Shown piece after piece: positions 18,238 to 28,357 of a stretch of DNA of 64,000 bases (the first letter of the stretch is position 1; each line of letters begins with the position of its first letter). The notes beneath the pieces are model-generated. The model was not told the DNA's origin, made no database searches, and worked only from the letters and a program-made list of their open reading frames with translations. The position numbers and the translations under genes are program-made. The stretch is taken from assembly GCA_016186795.1 (NCBI GenBank), contig JACPKY010000002.1:989892-1053891 (forward strand). Direction: 5' to 3'. This DNA is from Candidatus Gottesmanbacteria bacterium. Lineage in GTDB: Bacteria > Patescibacteriota > Microgenomatia > 2-02-FULL-39-11.

Positions 18238-19257
18238 ATGAGAAAACGAATTCTTGCAGGTATTACACCATCAGGAGATGGAACACTCCATATAGGAAAC
18301 TATTTAGGGGCAGTACGACAGTTTATAGAGCTTACCAAAAGCCATGATTGTTTCCTTATGGTTGCTGATCTTCATGCATTGACAACGATTCAAGAGAGAG
18401 AAACACTTAGCAATAACACTGAAACTCTGATTCTTAACGAGTTAGCACTTTTGGGTGATCTTTCCCATATTGTGTTTTTCCGCCAGTCTGACGTGCCGAT
18501 GCATACAGAACTAACATGGATACTGAACAATATAACTCCTATGGGCCTTCTGAAACGTGCACATGCATATAAGGATAAGCTGCAAAAAGATATGACCTTA
18601 GATGATATCAACCTCGGCCTTTTTAACTATCCGATTCTTATGGCATCTGATATTCTCCTTTACAAACCAGACCTTGTACCCGTAGGAAGGGATCAAAAGC
18701 AGCATGTTGAGATTACAAGAGATATTGCAGAGCGGTTTAATAAAACGTTCAAAGCGAAGGTTTTCCCACTTCCTGACCCATTCATTCCTGAGGAAGTTGC
18801 CGTCATTATGGGGACAGATGGAAAGCGAAAAATGAGCAAATCATTGGGAAATATCATCAGTATCTTTGAATCGGAAGAAACGATCCGAAAACAAGTAATG
18901 AGCACCTATACGGATCCAACAAGAATTCATAAAACAGACCCAGGTCATATAGAAGGAAATATGGTTTTTCGCTACCTTGATTTTTTTGGAGAAAAAGGGA
19001 AAGTTGACCAGTTAAAAAAGCTCTATATAGAAGGAAATATCTCTGATATTGAGGTAAAAAATTATCTATACGATTCTTTGATGAAAATTTTTGCCCCAGC
19101 ACGAAAACGCTACCAAGACTTACGATCCAATCCGCAAAAAGTCCGTGAAATTTTGGAAACAGGGGCCGTGAAAGCACGGGGAGTGGCAGGGGCTACTATG
19201 ATGGAAGTGAGGGATGCAGTTGGACTTACCAACTCGTACTCATTTTTTTCTTATTAG
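18238..19257 (+). CDS. trpS: tryptophan--tRNA ligase
   Basis: HIGNY; YPILMASDIL; VPVGRDQKQH; KMSKS. Confidence 0.95.
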   Translation: MRKRILAGITPSGDGTLHIGNYLGAVRQFIELTKSHDCFLMVADLHALTTIQERETLSNNTETLILNELALLGDLSHIVFFRQSDVPMHTELTWILNNITPMGLLKRAHAYKDKLQKDMTLDDINLGLFNYPILMASDILLYKPDLVPVGRDQKQHVEITRDIAERFNKTFKAKVFPLPDPFIPEEVAVIMGTDGKRKMSKSLGNIISIFESEETIRKQVMSTYTDPTRIHKTDPGHIEGNMVFRYLDFFGEKGKVDQLKKLYIEGNISDIEVKNYLYDSLMKIFAPARKRYQDLRSNPQKVREILETGAVKARGVAGATMMEVRDAVGLTNSYSFFSY

Positions 19258-21125
19258 TAGCGTACGATACCTAACTCATCACGGGAGTTACTTGAAAAAT
19301 TGTTTTCCCATTCTTGCCATCTGCCTGCCATATAATAATTATTAGCAATTGGATCAACTAGAGCATCTCGAGGAATTTTCAGCTTATTCAGCGATCCCGG
19401 ATAAAGCTGTTCATACACTCGACTTATTTTTATCAAATCTGCCTGAGAACGTGTTCTTATCCAAGGAATTACTTCATTTCGTACAGATAAACGATTCATC
19501 TTTACTCCATTTTGACTTGTATATTCATCAATTTGGCCGTCAATTAAACCAAGATCTATTTTTCTACGCCAATCTTGTGCTTCCTCTGCATCAGGAGTTG
19601 TTTGATTAATCGGATATTTTATTTCGTCAACATCGCATGGAATTTCGGCTAAACCTGCAACCATTGCTCCCGCAACTCGATGTGTTCCATCGTTTACAAG
19701 ATATATAGGACCATCCGGACCTACGATTACCGTCATTTTTATTCGTTCATTTTTTTTATTTGCATGGAAGATATGTTCAGTATTTCTTCCATTTTCTCCG
19801 CTGGAAATTATTTCTTTTGCAAATTGTACTACGCGGCCTTTTCTTGATTCTATTTCAGAACTCCAACCTCCAGATCTTATTTGTGCCATCCCGACAATTT
19901 TATCTGTTTTTACCCATGCAAATGTTGATTGTTCACTAACTCCAACAACGGTATCTCGAAGTGTTGCTGAGCTCAAAATAGGTCTTTGAGTTAAAGCCCG
20001 TCTTCTTTTATCTAAATCTTCATCACTCATAGATCTAATTTCTCCAGTAGTTTGTTGTTGAATAGTCTGGTGTATTTCCTGATCTGAGGCAACAATCTTT
20101 AGTCTACGATCTTGATCTGCTTGATCGACTGTTGCATTTTTTGGATTTTCATTCACTTGCGAGACACTACTAGTAGTCTCTACTACTTGCGGATGTTCCA
20201 ATCTTATAAATGCATCATTAATTTCTTTATACTGTCTACGATAAACAAGAGCTTTTTCTGGGTTCTCTCGTAGGAACGTATCCCATATTTCTTCACTTAC
20301 GACTCTTTTCATGTGATCAAGACCATGATATCTCCAAGGATCATCAATTACAGTATGAACTTGATTTCTTTGATTTCTATTTTCATCGAGTCTGCGATAT
20401 GTTTCATCATACACAGCAGCCATAATGTGTTTAATGGCCGGATCTTGAGGTGGATCAGGTATACCATGATCATTGATATACACTCCATACCGCAAGTATC
20501 GTGCGTAATCGTCGGGACAGGATTTTTGAAATTGATCTTGAGCTTGAGTTCTTGCTATCAGCGTTTGTCTTTTCAATTGACTTTTCCAGTAATATAGTCT
20601 ATCTGTACTTTGACGATCATATATATTTGCTGTTGGTCTCGGATTTACTGCTATCCAGCTGCCAAGAATTTGCTGTTGAAGATCGACAAATCTTAGATCT
20701 TCGTGAGCATTTAACCCTTGTAGTCCATACTTTTCCTTTAGCATTTCTCGGATTTTTCCAACTGCTTCTACTGATGGATGCTCTCCCATTTGTTGATACA
20801 ACGGAGTGATTTCTGATGCAACGCCTTCTCCTCCCATAGCAGAAGTAGCAACTGACTCAGATTGTAGTTGTTTTGTTGTAGTATCATTTAATGCATCTAA
20901 TTCAGCATGCAATTGATCGAGTAACGTATTTTCTTGAGCAAGATCAACCGATGGATGATCAACGGATAAAACTGAAAAAGATTGAACAAACCCTACTGCC
21001 ACTTTAGTTCTTTGTGTAATCAACTGAGTTGGATCAGTCCCTTGTTCAGCAGCAAATCCGGGCGGCCGCACTTCCTGTGGAACTGGCATCTGTTTCAGCT
21101 CTAAATGTATTTCACCACCTTGCAT
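19254..21125 (-). CDS. hypothetical protein with C-terminal ParB/Srx-like domain
   Basis: 623-aa ORF; YLVNDGTHRVAGA resembles the ParB/Srx DGxHR motif. Confidence 0.55.
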   Translation of the reverse strand: MQGGEIHLELKQMPVPQEVRPPGFAAEQGTDPTQLITQRTKVAVGFVQSFSVLSVDHPSVDLAQENTLLDQLHAELDALNDTTTKQLQSESVATSAMGGEGVASEITPLYQQMGEHPSVEAVGKIREMLKEKYGLQGLNAHEDLRFVDLQQQILGSWIAVNPRPTANIYDRQSTDRLYYWKSQLKRQTLIARTQAQDQFQKSCPDDYARYLRYGVYINDHGIPDPPQDPAIKHIMAAVYDETYRRLDENRNQRNQVHTVIDDPWRYHGLDHMKRVVSEEIWDTFLRENPEKALVYRRQYKEINDAFIRLEHPQVVETTSSVSQVNENPKNATVDQADQDRRLKIVASDQEIHQTIQQQTTGEIRSMSDEDLDKRRRALTQRPILSSATLRDTVVGVSEQSTFAWVKTDKIVGMAQIRSGGWSSEIESRKGRVVQFAKEIISSGENGRNTEHIFHANKKNERIKMTVIVGPDGPIYLVNDGTHRVAGAMVAGLAEIPCDVDEIKYPINQTTPDAEEAQDWRRKIDLGLIDGQIDEYTSQNGVKMNRLSVRNEVIPWIRTRSQADLIKISRVYEQLYPGSLNKLKIPRDALVDPIANNYYMAGRWQEWENNFSSNSRDELGIVRY

Positions 21126-21126
21126 A

Positions 21127-21309
21127 TTATTTTGTCTTTACTTTCTTAACCCATTCTTGGTAGGCTGCTTGATCGATTTTTTTGTGAGTTTGCACAAGAA
21201 CTTGAAACATTTTACGAATAATCAAATCTGATTTTTCATTATATTCTTGAATAATTTTTTGCACATTTTGATCGTTTATTTTAATAGAATTGGTATTTGG
21301 AAAACTCAT
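21127..21309 (-). CDS. small hypothetical protein
   Basis: 60-aa helical ORF ending 1 nt before the next start. Confidence 0.55.
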   Translation of the reverse strand: MSFPNTNSIKINDQNVQKIIQEYNEKSDLIIRKMFQVLVQTHKKIDQAAYQEWVKKVKTK

Positions 21310-21414
21310 ATAATTTCATTACACTTGTTTTAGTAACAGAAATCAAATAAAAGAGAACAAGCAAGCGGTTGTTACGTTGTTTTCCTTCACTACGTGAGGT
21401 ATAATTGTGCCTCT

Positions 21415-21753
21415 ATGGTGAAGGATGAAGTAACAGTTGCTGATTTCCAAAAAATTGATTTTCGTGTGGGCAAAGTTACCACCGCTGAAAAACTTGCGGG
21501 ATCTGATAATTTACTCCGACTAAATGTTGACTTTGGGACTGAGGTGGGGCAAAGGCAAATACTGACAGGAATCGCAAAGTGGTATACTCCAACGAAACTT
21601 TCCGGGAAAAAATTTGTTTTTGTTGTGAATATGTCTCCTAAGAAAATGATGGGTGAGGAAAGCCAGGGAATGATTCTTTGTGCAGATAGCGGGGATAAAG
21701 CAATACTTATTCCAGTGAATTCAAAAATACCTGAAGGGACAATTGTTCGATAA
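21415..21753 (+). CDS. tRNA-binding domain protein (MetRS C-terminal/CsaA-like)
   Basis: DFQKIDFRVG; VDFG..RQILTGI; VN..PKKMMGEESQGM. Confidence 0.88.
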   Translation: MVKDEVTVADFQKIDFRVGKVTTAEKLAGSDNLLRLNVDFGTEVGQRQILTGIAKWYTPTKLSGKKFVFVVNMSPKKMMGEESQGMILCADSGDKAILIPVNSKIPEGTIVR

Positions 21754-21769
21754 TTGAATAAGCAGATTT

Positions 21770-23674
21770 ATGGTAGCTACCAAACAAAATCAAAACCATA
21801 CACAGAAAAACAGCAAAAAGTTAAACAAAATTTTCGAGTTTAAAATAAATTTTACCCCTCGGAATATTTTCCTCTGGCTTATAGCAGGGTCAATTCTTCT
21901 TCTCATGTTTGTTTCAGCCCGTGATGTGACGAGACTTTTTCCTGAAAAATCTCTTTCCAACCTCGTTTCTGATATTAAAAACGGAGAGGTAAAGAAGGTG
22001 GAAGTCGTTGATACCAAACTTCTTGCAACATACCAGGATGGGAAAATTTACTCTATTCACAAAGAGGCGCAGGAGTCTTTCTACAAAATTCTTACCGATT
22101 CGGGGATTAATCCGGCAACTGTCGAAATTGAAGTCAAAGATACATCCGGTGGTGCATTGTGGCTGAGTATTCTCTCAAATGTTTTGCCGCTTATCCTTAT
22201 GGTTGGATTTTTCCTTTTCCTCATTCGTCAAGCCCGAGGCGCCCAAGATTCACTTTTTTCTTTCGGTCAATCTCGGGCAAAACTTTTCTCCAAAGACACT
22301 CCCAAAGTGACATTTGCTGATGTTGCTGGTGTTGATGAGGCAAAGCAAGAGTTATCTGAAGTTGTCGATTTTTTGAAAAATCCCCAGAAATATCGGGCAC
22401 TGGGTGCGCGTACTCCCAAAGGGGTACTTCTGGTTGGTCCAAGTGGAACGGGTAAAACACTTCTGGCACGAGCTTTGGCTGGAGAGGCTGGAGCACCCTT
22501 TTTCTCCATGGCGGGATCTGAGTTTATGGAGATGCTCGTTGGAGTTGGAGCTTCTCGTGTGCGCGATCTATTTAATACCGCCAAGAAAAACTCACCCTCC
22601 ATTATATTCATTGACGAAATTGATGCCATCGGGAGAGTTCGTTCCGTTGGAGTTATGGGAGGCCATGACGAAAGGGAACAAACGCTCAATCAAATTTTAG
22701 TTGAAATGGATGGATTTACTCAAAATGAAAATGTAGTGGTAGTGGCAGCAACAAATAGAGGTGATCTTCTGGATCCTGCGCTTCTGCGCCCTGGGAGATT
22801 TGACAGGAGAGTTGTTTTGGAAAGCCCGGATCTGGAGGGAAGACTCGCTATACTTAAAATTCATATGAAAGGAAAGCCTATTGCACCCGGTGTGAATTGG
22901 GAGCGAGTTGCCAAAAGAACAGTTGGGTTTACTGGTGCTGATTTGGAGAATATGCTCAATGAAGCAGCCATTCTGGCTGCTCGAAAAAATAAAAAAGCCA
23001 TTGAAATGGATGATATTGAAGAAGCTGCAACCAAGGTGAAACTTGGTCCTGAGAAGCGCAGGCTCCAAAGTGACTTGGATCGGAAAATGACAGCATATCA
23101 CGAGGCGGGGCATGCAATTGTTACGTATATCTTACCAAATATGGATGTTGTTCATAGAATATCAATCGTTTCTCGAGGTATGGCACTTGGATATACACTC
23201 ATTCCTCCAGAACGCGATCGCATCCATGAAACAAAAACGCATCTTCTTGAGCAGGTTGCTGCGATGCTTGGGGGTAGGGCCGCAGAGAATCTTATTTTCA
23301 ATGAGATGACAACAGGTGCCTCTAACGATATTGATCAGGCAACATCTGTTGCCAGAAATATGGTGATTGAATACGGCATGTCAAATCTAGGACCAATCAA
23401 CTTCGGACCAAATCTTGATGTCACAGAGTGGGGCGGGCGCTACTTCCAGGAAACACATATCTCTCAGGATATGCAAAATAGAATAGATGAAGAAGTGAAG
23501 AAAATCCTCGACACAGGATATAAAACAGCTCTCTCTATCTTGAAAAAATATAAAGCAAAGTTAGACCTTATCGCATCGGAGCTTATTAAGAAAGAAACGT
23601 TGGAAGGTGATGAGTTTGAAAAACTCATGGGTGGTCCCAGGCGTGCTCTTGCCGTTGCAGTAAAACGTACGTAA
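21770..23674 (+). CDS. ftsH: ATP-dependent zinc metalloprotease FtsH
   Basis: 2 TM; GPSGTGKT; FIDEIDA; LLRPGRFDR; HEAGH. Confidence 0.97.
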   Translation: MVATKQNQNHTQKNSKKLNKIFEFKINFTPRNIFLWLIAGSILLLMFVSARDVTRLFPEKSLSNLVSDIKNGEVKKVEVVDTKLLATYQDGKIYSIHKEAQESFYKILTDSGINPATVEIEVKDTSGGALWLSILSNVLPLILMVGFFLFLIRQARGAQDSLFSFGQSRAKLFSKDTPKVTFADVAGVDEAKQELSEVVDFLKNPQKYRALGARTPKGVLLVGPSGTGKTLLARALAGEAGAPFFSMAGSEFMEMLVGVGASRVRDLFNTAKKNSPSIIFIDEIDAIGRVRSVGVMGGHDEREQTLNQILVEMDGFTQNENVVVVAATNRGDLLDPALLRPGRFDRRVVLESPDLEGRLAILKIHMKGKPIAPGVNWERVAKRTVGFTGADLENMLNEAAILAARKNKKAIEMDDIEEAATKVKLGPEKRRLQSDLDRKMTAYHEAGHAIVTYILPNMDVVHRISIVSRGMALGYTLIPPERDRIHETKTHLLEQVAAMLGGRAAENLIFNEMTTGASNDIDQATSVARNMVIEYGMSNLGPINFGPNLDVTEWGGRYFQETHISQDMQNRIDEEVKKILDTGYKTALSILKKYKAKLDLIASELIKKETLEGDEFEKLMGGPRRALAVAVKRT

Positions 23675-23726
23675 ATCTCACTACTTTTCCTCCTCAGAAA
23701 GTTTCCGTGCTACAATAAAAACCATT

Positions 23727-24674
23727 ATGCAGAGACTTCTTCTCATTGACGGCCATGCCATTTTGCACCGTGCGTTTCATGCGTTACCACCCCTTACCAC
23801 CTCAAAAGGGCAGCAGGTGAACGCGGTCTACGGGTTTATAACGATGCTTTTGAGGGTTTTAGAAGAGTATAAACCTACTCATGTTGCGGTTGCCTTTGAC
23901 CGTCCGAAACCAACATTCCGAAAGAAGCTTTTCGATGGATATCAGGCGAAAAGACCTAAGATGGATAAGGAACTGATTCCTCAAATTGCGGTAGTCCATA
24001 CGGTTTTGGAGACGATGAAGATCCCTGTATTTGAACTCGACGGGTATGAGGCAGATGATGTTTTGGGAACACTTGCCATGCAGGCAAAAAGGAAAAAGAT
24101 GGAAGCAATTATTGTGACGGGAGATAGGGATTTACTGCAACTTGTGAACAGTCACGTGAAAGTCGCGTTGCCGGTAAAAGGCATTTCCGAATCGAAACTC
24201 TATGATGAAGAGGAGGTCGTAAAAAAGTGGGAAATCCACCCTTTCCAGGTAGCAGATTTTAAAGCATTGACAGGGGATCAATCAGACAATTACCCAGGTG
24301 TTGCCGGTATTGGTCCGAAGACCGCTTCATCCCTTTTGACACAATTTAAAACTCTTGAGGGAATGTACAAACATCTTGAGAAGATAGGGAATGCTTCGCT
24401 TCGGGAAAAATTGGAGACACACAAAGAGTCTGCGGAACTTTCAAAAAAGCTCGCAACTATTGTCACCGATGTGCCAGTTCATTTCAACACTTCAGAGAGT
24501 AAGCTACATAATCTCAATACACTTGATACGCAACTCCTTCTCGACCACTTAGAGTTTCGAAGTTTAATACCGAGATTGTCATTGAAAAAGGAACCAGTAA
24601 ACAGTAAACAGAAAACAGTGAACAGCGAAAAGATAAAATCGGAAATAAAAGATCAACAGATAAAATTATTTTAA
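23727..24674 (+). CDS. stand-alone 5'-3' exonuclease/flap endonuclease (PolA N-terminal domain only)
   Basis: LLIDGH; NAVYGF; YEADDVLG; TGDRD; GDQSDNYPGVAGIGPKTA; stop at 315 aa, no Klenow domain. Confidence 0.9.
   Translation: MQRLLLIDGHAILHRAFHALPPLTTSKGQQVNAVYGFITMLLRVLEEYKPTHVAVAFDRPKPTFRKKLFDGYQAKRPKMDKELIPQIAVVHTVLETMKIPVFELDGYEADDVLGTLAMQAKRKKMEAIIVTGDRDLLQLVNSHVKVALPVKGISESKLYDEEEVVKKWEIHPFQVADFKALTGDQSDNYPGVAGIGPKTASSLLTQFKTLEGMYKHLEKIGNASLREKLETHKESAELSKKLATIVTDVPVHFNTSESKLHNLNTLDTQLLLDHLEFRSLIPRLSLKKEPVNSKQKTVNSEKIKSEIKDQQIKLF
24595..24629 (+). repeat. intragenic 7-mer array
   Basis: cagtaaa cagtaaa cagaaaa cagtgaa cagcgaa. Confidence 0.7.
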
Positions 24675-24677
24675 TTT

Positions 24678-25826
24678 ATGCGTGTAGCACTCGTTCACGA
24701 CTATATAAAAGAATACGGAGGAGCCGAAAGAGTATTGGAATCCCTCCATGAGATTTGGCCAGAAGCTCCGATCTATACAACTGTCTATTTACCAGAATTT
24801 TTAGGTCCACATAGGAAACGGTTTGTACGTTGGAAGATAATTCCCTCTCGTCTGAACGGAGTACCTTTTGCTGAAAAACTTATAAGTCCCATTCGAATTC
24901 TTACTCCGTGGATTTTTGAGAATTGGGATTTTACTTCCTATGATGTTGTTATCGTTTCTGCAACTGGTGCCTATTTTCCCAATCTGATTGTACGAAAACC
25001 CCACACACTTCACATCTGTTACTGCCATACACCTCCTCGGTACCTCTATGGATATCCAACCGCGAGAAACTGGCAAAAGAGCGTTTTTGGGAAAATTGTT
25101 GGTTCGATTATCAATCATTCTCTTCGACAGATTGATTTTCTAGCATCACAGCGGCCTGATTTTTTTATTGCCAATTCCAATGAAGTGAGAAAAAGAATTG
25201 AGAAGTTCTATAGAAGAGAAGCGGAAGTGATATACCCGCCAGTTGAAATATCAAAAATCAAATATCAAAAATCAATCCGCCAGCTGGCGGACAAAAATAA
25301 AAAAGAAGATTATTATTTAACTGGAGGAAGGTTAGCCAGGGCAAAACGGATTGAGCTTGCTATCGAAGCATGCAATAGACTGAAATTACCCCTTAAAGTC
25401 GTTGGGAAGTCATTTGCGGATTATGGGGAAGAGTTGAGAAAGATTGCAGGACCAACTGTTGAGTTTTTAGGAGAAGTTCCAGACAGTGAATTAGGAGAAC
25501 TTTTTAGTCAGTGTCAGGCATTTATTTATCCAGCAGAACTAGAAGATTTTGGGATTATGCCGGTTGAGGCAATGTCGTATGGAGCACCAGTTATTGCATC
25601 AAGGGATGGGGGAGTGGCAGAAAGTGTCGTTGACGGCAAAACAGGAATACTTTTTGATGAGTATTCTATAGAAGATCTTATTGCTGCAATAAAAAAAATA
25701 CAAAAGCTCAATATTAAACAAGAAGATTGCATAAAGCAAGCAAAGAAATTTAGTAAAGCAAGATTTAAGAAGGAAATACGGAATTTCGTTGAGACGAAAT
25801 TCAAGAAGCATGCCAGAACTTCCTGA
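24678..25826 (+). CDS. glycosyltransferase family 4
   Basis: VHDY..YGGAERV; YCHTPPRY; EDFGIMPVEAM. Confidence 0.9.
   Translation: MRVALVHDYIKEYGGAERVLESLHEIWPEAPIYTTVYLPEFLGPHRKRFVRWKIIPSRLNGVPFAEKLISPIRILTPWIFENWDFTSYDVVIVSATGAYFPNLIVRKPHTLHICYCHTPPRYLYGYPTARNWQKSVFGKIVGSIINHSLRQIDFLASQRPDFFIANSNEVRKRIEKFYRREAEVIYPPVEISKIKYQKSIRQLADKNKKEDYYLTGGRLARAKRIELAIEACNRLKLPLKVVGKSFADYGEELRKIAGPTVEFLGEVPDSELGELFSQCQAFIYPAELEDFGIMPVEAMSYGAPVIASRDGGVAESVVDGKTGILFDEYSIEDLIAAIKKIQKLNIKQEDCIKQAKKFSKARFKKEIRNFVETKFKKHARTS
25276..25291. repeat. 16-bp palindrome TCCGCCAGCTGGCGGA, copy 1 (in GT4)
   Basis: Preceded by aatatca/aaaatca x4; reads IRQLAD. Confidence 0.85.
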
Positions 25827-26661
25827 GGTAGAAACAATAAGACTCCAGTTACAAAAGGTATTGGTTGGAGAAAAGATCGCCGCGACTTATATTCTTTCCG
25901 ATAGGTCCTTTCAAGGGGATGCAAAGCATTTAGAGGGTACCACAATTAAGGGTGTCAGACGCTTTGGGAAAATGATAGCTATAGATTTTGAGAATGGGTA
26001 TGCTTTGGTGGTTCACTTAAAAATGACTGGGCAGCTACTATTTCAGATAACAGATAATAGTAAACAGAAAACAGATTTACCAAATAAACATACAAGAGTG
26101 ATTATTCAATTTCATTCTGGTGGTAAGTTATTTTTCAATGACCAGAGGAAATTTGGGTGGATGAGGATAGTATCAATAAACAAGGAACAAGGAACAAAAA
26201 ACGGATTAAATACGCTAGACAATCTGTTAGAAAATCTAGGGCCAGATCCGTTGCATGAGTTAAACGCTGAAAAGTTATATAAGATCCTTCAGACATCAAA
26301 AAGGCCGGTCAAATTAGTCCTTATGGATCAACGGAAGATTTCCGGAGTGGGAAATATTTATGCAAATGATGCTCTATACCTTTCCGGAATTCATCCGCGG
26401 ACTTTCGGTAACCAACTATCTCATAAACAAGGGAAAAACTTATACCGTAATTTAGTGAAAGTACTCAAAAGTGGCATCAAATGGAAAGGGGCATCAAGGC
26501 AGCATTTTCGCGACATTTATGGACAGAAAGGTCAAGTACAGGATCATTTTCTTGTTTACGAAAGAACTGGTCAGGTATGTCCTCAAGGCCACAAACATAT
26601 TCAAAAATTCCAACTCGGGGGTCGGGGTACGTATTTTTGTCCTCAATGTCAAATTCGATAG
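25810..26661 (+). CDS. mutM: formamidopyrimidine-DNA glycosylase
   Basis: MPELPEVE; HLKMTG; DQRKFG; GVGNIYA; C-terminal zinc finger. Confidence 0.95.
   Translation: MPELPEVETIRLQLQKVLVGEKIAATYILSDRSFQGDAKHLEGTTIKGVRRFGKMIAIDFENGYALVVHLKMTGQLLFQITDNSKQKTDLPNKHTRVIIQFHSGGKLFFNDQRKFGWMRIVSINKEQGTKNGLNTLDNLLENLGPDPLHELNAEKLYKILQTSKRPVKLVLMDQRKISGVGNIYANDALYLSGIHPRTFGNQLSHKQGKNLYRNLVKVLKSGIKWKGASRQHFRDIYGQKGQVQDHFLVYERTGQVCPQGHKHIQKFQLGGRGTYFCPQCQIR
26044..26201 (+). repeat. two intragenic 7-mer arrays in mutM (26044-26078, 26174-26201)
   Basis: cagataa cagataa tagtaaa cagaaaa; caataaa caaggaa caaggaa caaaaaa. Confidence 0.65.
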
Positions 26662-26676
26662 TACGGGGTAGATATT

Positions 26677-26976
26677 TTATTTAATATCTTCTAGTTTCTT
26701 TTGAAGGGCTTTAATTCGTACGATCCGTTGGTCGAGGTCATTTGCTTTCACCTTTTGAGTGGCTTTGGAGAATTGATTATATATCTCTGCTTCTTGGGTG
26801 AGAAGCGAAACTTGTTGCATGAGCCAATCCGCTTGCAGATCGAGAATTTCCGAAATAGCTAAACAGAGTGGATTATCAATCTTCTGAGCACTATCAATAA
26901 GTTCATTCACAAGCGCTTCCAACTCTTTATCAAGATGAAGATTTTGAAGATGTGATTTTAGTTGAGGTTTCGTCAT
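26677..26976 (-). CDS. hypothetical protein, coiled coil
   Basis: 99-aa ORF with RBS-like GGAGAAGG. Confidence 0.6.
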   Translation of the reverse strand: MTKPQLKSHLQNLHLDKELEALVNELIDSAQKIDNPLCLAISEILDLQADWLMQQVSLLTQEAEIYNQFSKATQKVKANDLDQRIVRIKALQKKLEDIK

Positions 26977-26997
26977 AGGTCAATATTACACCTTCTC

Positions 26998-27570
26998 CTA
27001 AGGTACAGCACGCAACATAGGTTGTAGACCCCGTATTGAAAGAACATTCTCTAAACATGTGACTGCTATATCCAGCGCTCCAGAGTGGATAAATTTTGAC
27101 GCAACCTCTTGAGCTGGAATTGATTTTCTATACAGTTGTGCCTGCCATTCTAATGATCGATTGTTAATTTCTTTTTTCATTGAATTTGCTCCTGATTGAA
27201 AGTATTTTACGAAGCGGTTTCCCCATTCATGCGATACACGAAATGTCCCTTGGCATCGGTCTCCAAGTTCTTTTGCTCGTTCAATAATTGGTGTTGAGAC
27301 AGATGTCACTTTTTCTCGCAAAATTGCGACTGATCCTGCCGTTTGTCTGATTTCCTCTATGGGGGTCTGGATCTGTTGCTTTTGCTCCTTAGGTTCGGTA
27401 TGGATTTTTTCTCTTTCCAACTGTGCGCGAATGAGTGCCAGCTCATTTGCTTCTTCTTTTGCTAAAGCGACGGGATCGATCTGAGATAACGTGGAAGGAA
27501 TAGTAGGATTTTCAGTTGTAGGTGGTTTGTTAGGAAGAGGTGGTTTCAGTTCTGGCGCTGCTTCTATCAT
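26998..27570 (-). CDS. hypothetical protein
   Basis: Pro-rich N-terminus, helical body. Confidence 0.55.
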   Translation of the reverse strand: MIEAAPELKPPLPNKPPTTENPTIPSTLSQIDPVALAKEEANELALIRAQLEREKIHTEPKEQKQQIQTPIEEIRQTAGSVAILREKVTSVSTPIIERAKELGDRCQGTFRVSHEWGNRFVKYFQSGANSMKKEINNRSLEWQAQLYRKSIPAQEVASKFIHSGALDIAVTCLENVLSIRGLQPMLRAVP

Positions 27571-27655
27571 TGTGCATTTCTCATTGCACCAGATAGAGAA
27601 GCACATTGTCAAGGGAATCACATGAAACGAATTGTTTTGTTATAATACTACTTGA

Positions 27656-28357
27656 ATGGATAAGTCCAAGCCAGTCATAATTTCTCTTGGTGGTTCTCTT
27701 GTCGTTCCCAATGGTGGGATTGACTCCACTTTTCTTTCTGCTTTCAGTGAATTTATCAGAATCAAGATAACGCTTGGTTGGAGATTTTTTATTGTTGTTG
27801 GAGGAGGAGCAACGGCTCGAATGTATATTGAGGGAGCACGTGCAATTGTTGGCTCGATAACTGACTGGGATTTAGACTGGTTGGGAATTCATACAACACG
27901 GCTGAACGCTCATCTTATCCGTACGATATTCCAGGACGTTGCCCATCCGAGAATTATTGAAAATTACGAAAAGAAAATTGAAGACTTGAAAGAACCGTTA
28001 GTTGTTGCGTCAGGATGGAAACCAGGAAGGTCAACAGATTATGATGCTATTATTTTGGCAAGAGATTATGGTGCCGGAGCAATTATTAACATGTCCAATA
28101 TCGTGAGCGTTTGTGATAAAGATCCGAACAGGTATCCAGATGCTAAACCTGTTCATCAGCTGACATGGGAAAAATTTCAGGAATTGATTGGAACCGAATG
28201 GCACCCAGGCAGTAATGTTCCATTTGATCCGATAGCAACGAAACTTGCCCACGAGCTTGGGTTGTCTGTATTTATCGTTGGTAGTGACCTTGAGAATCTG
28301 GAGCTGATATTTTCGGGAAAATCAGATTTTGTTGGGACTATCATTACTCCTGAATGA
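27656..28357 (+). CDS. pyrH: UMP kinase (archaeal-type)
   Basis: ISLGGS; VVGGGATAR; D..GI..TRLNA; PGRSTD; DKDP; FDPIA. Confidence 0.9.
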   Translation: MDKSKPVIISLGGSLVVPNGGIDSTFLSAFSEFIRIKITLGWRFFIVVGGGATARMYIEGARAIVGSITDWDLDWLGIHTTRLNAHLIRTIFQDVAHPRIIENYEKKIEDLKEPLVVASGWKPGRSTDYDAIILARDYGAGAIINMSNIVSVCDKDPNRYPDAKPVHQLTWEKFQELIGTEWHPGSNVPFDPIATKLAHELGLSVFIVGSDLENLELIFSGKSDFVGTIITPE

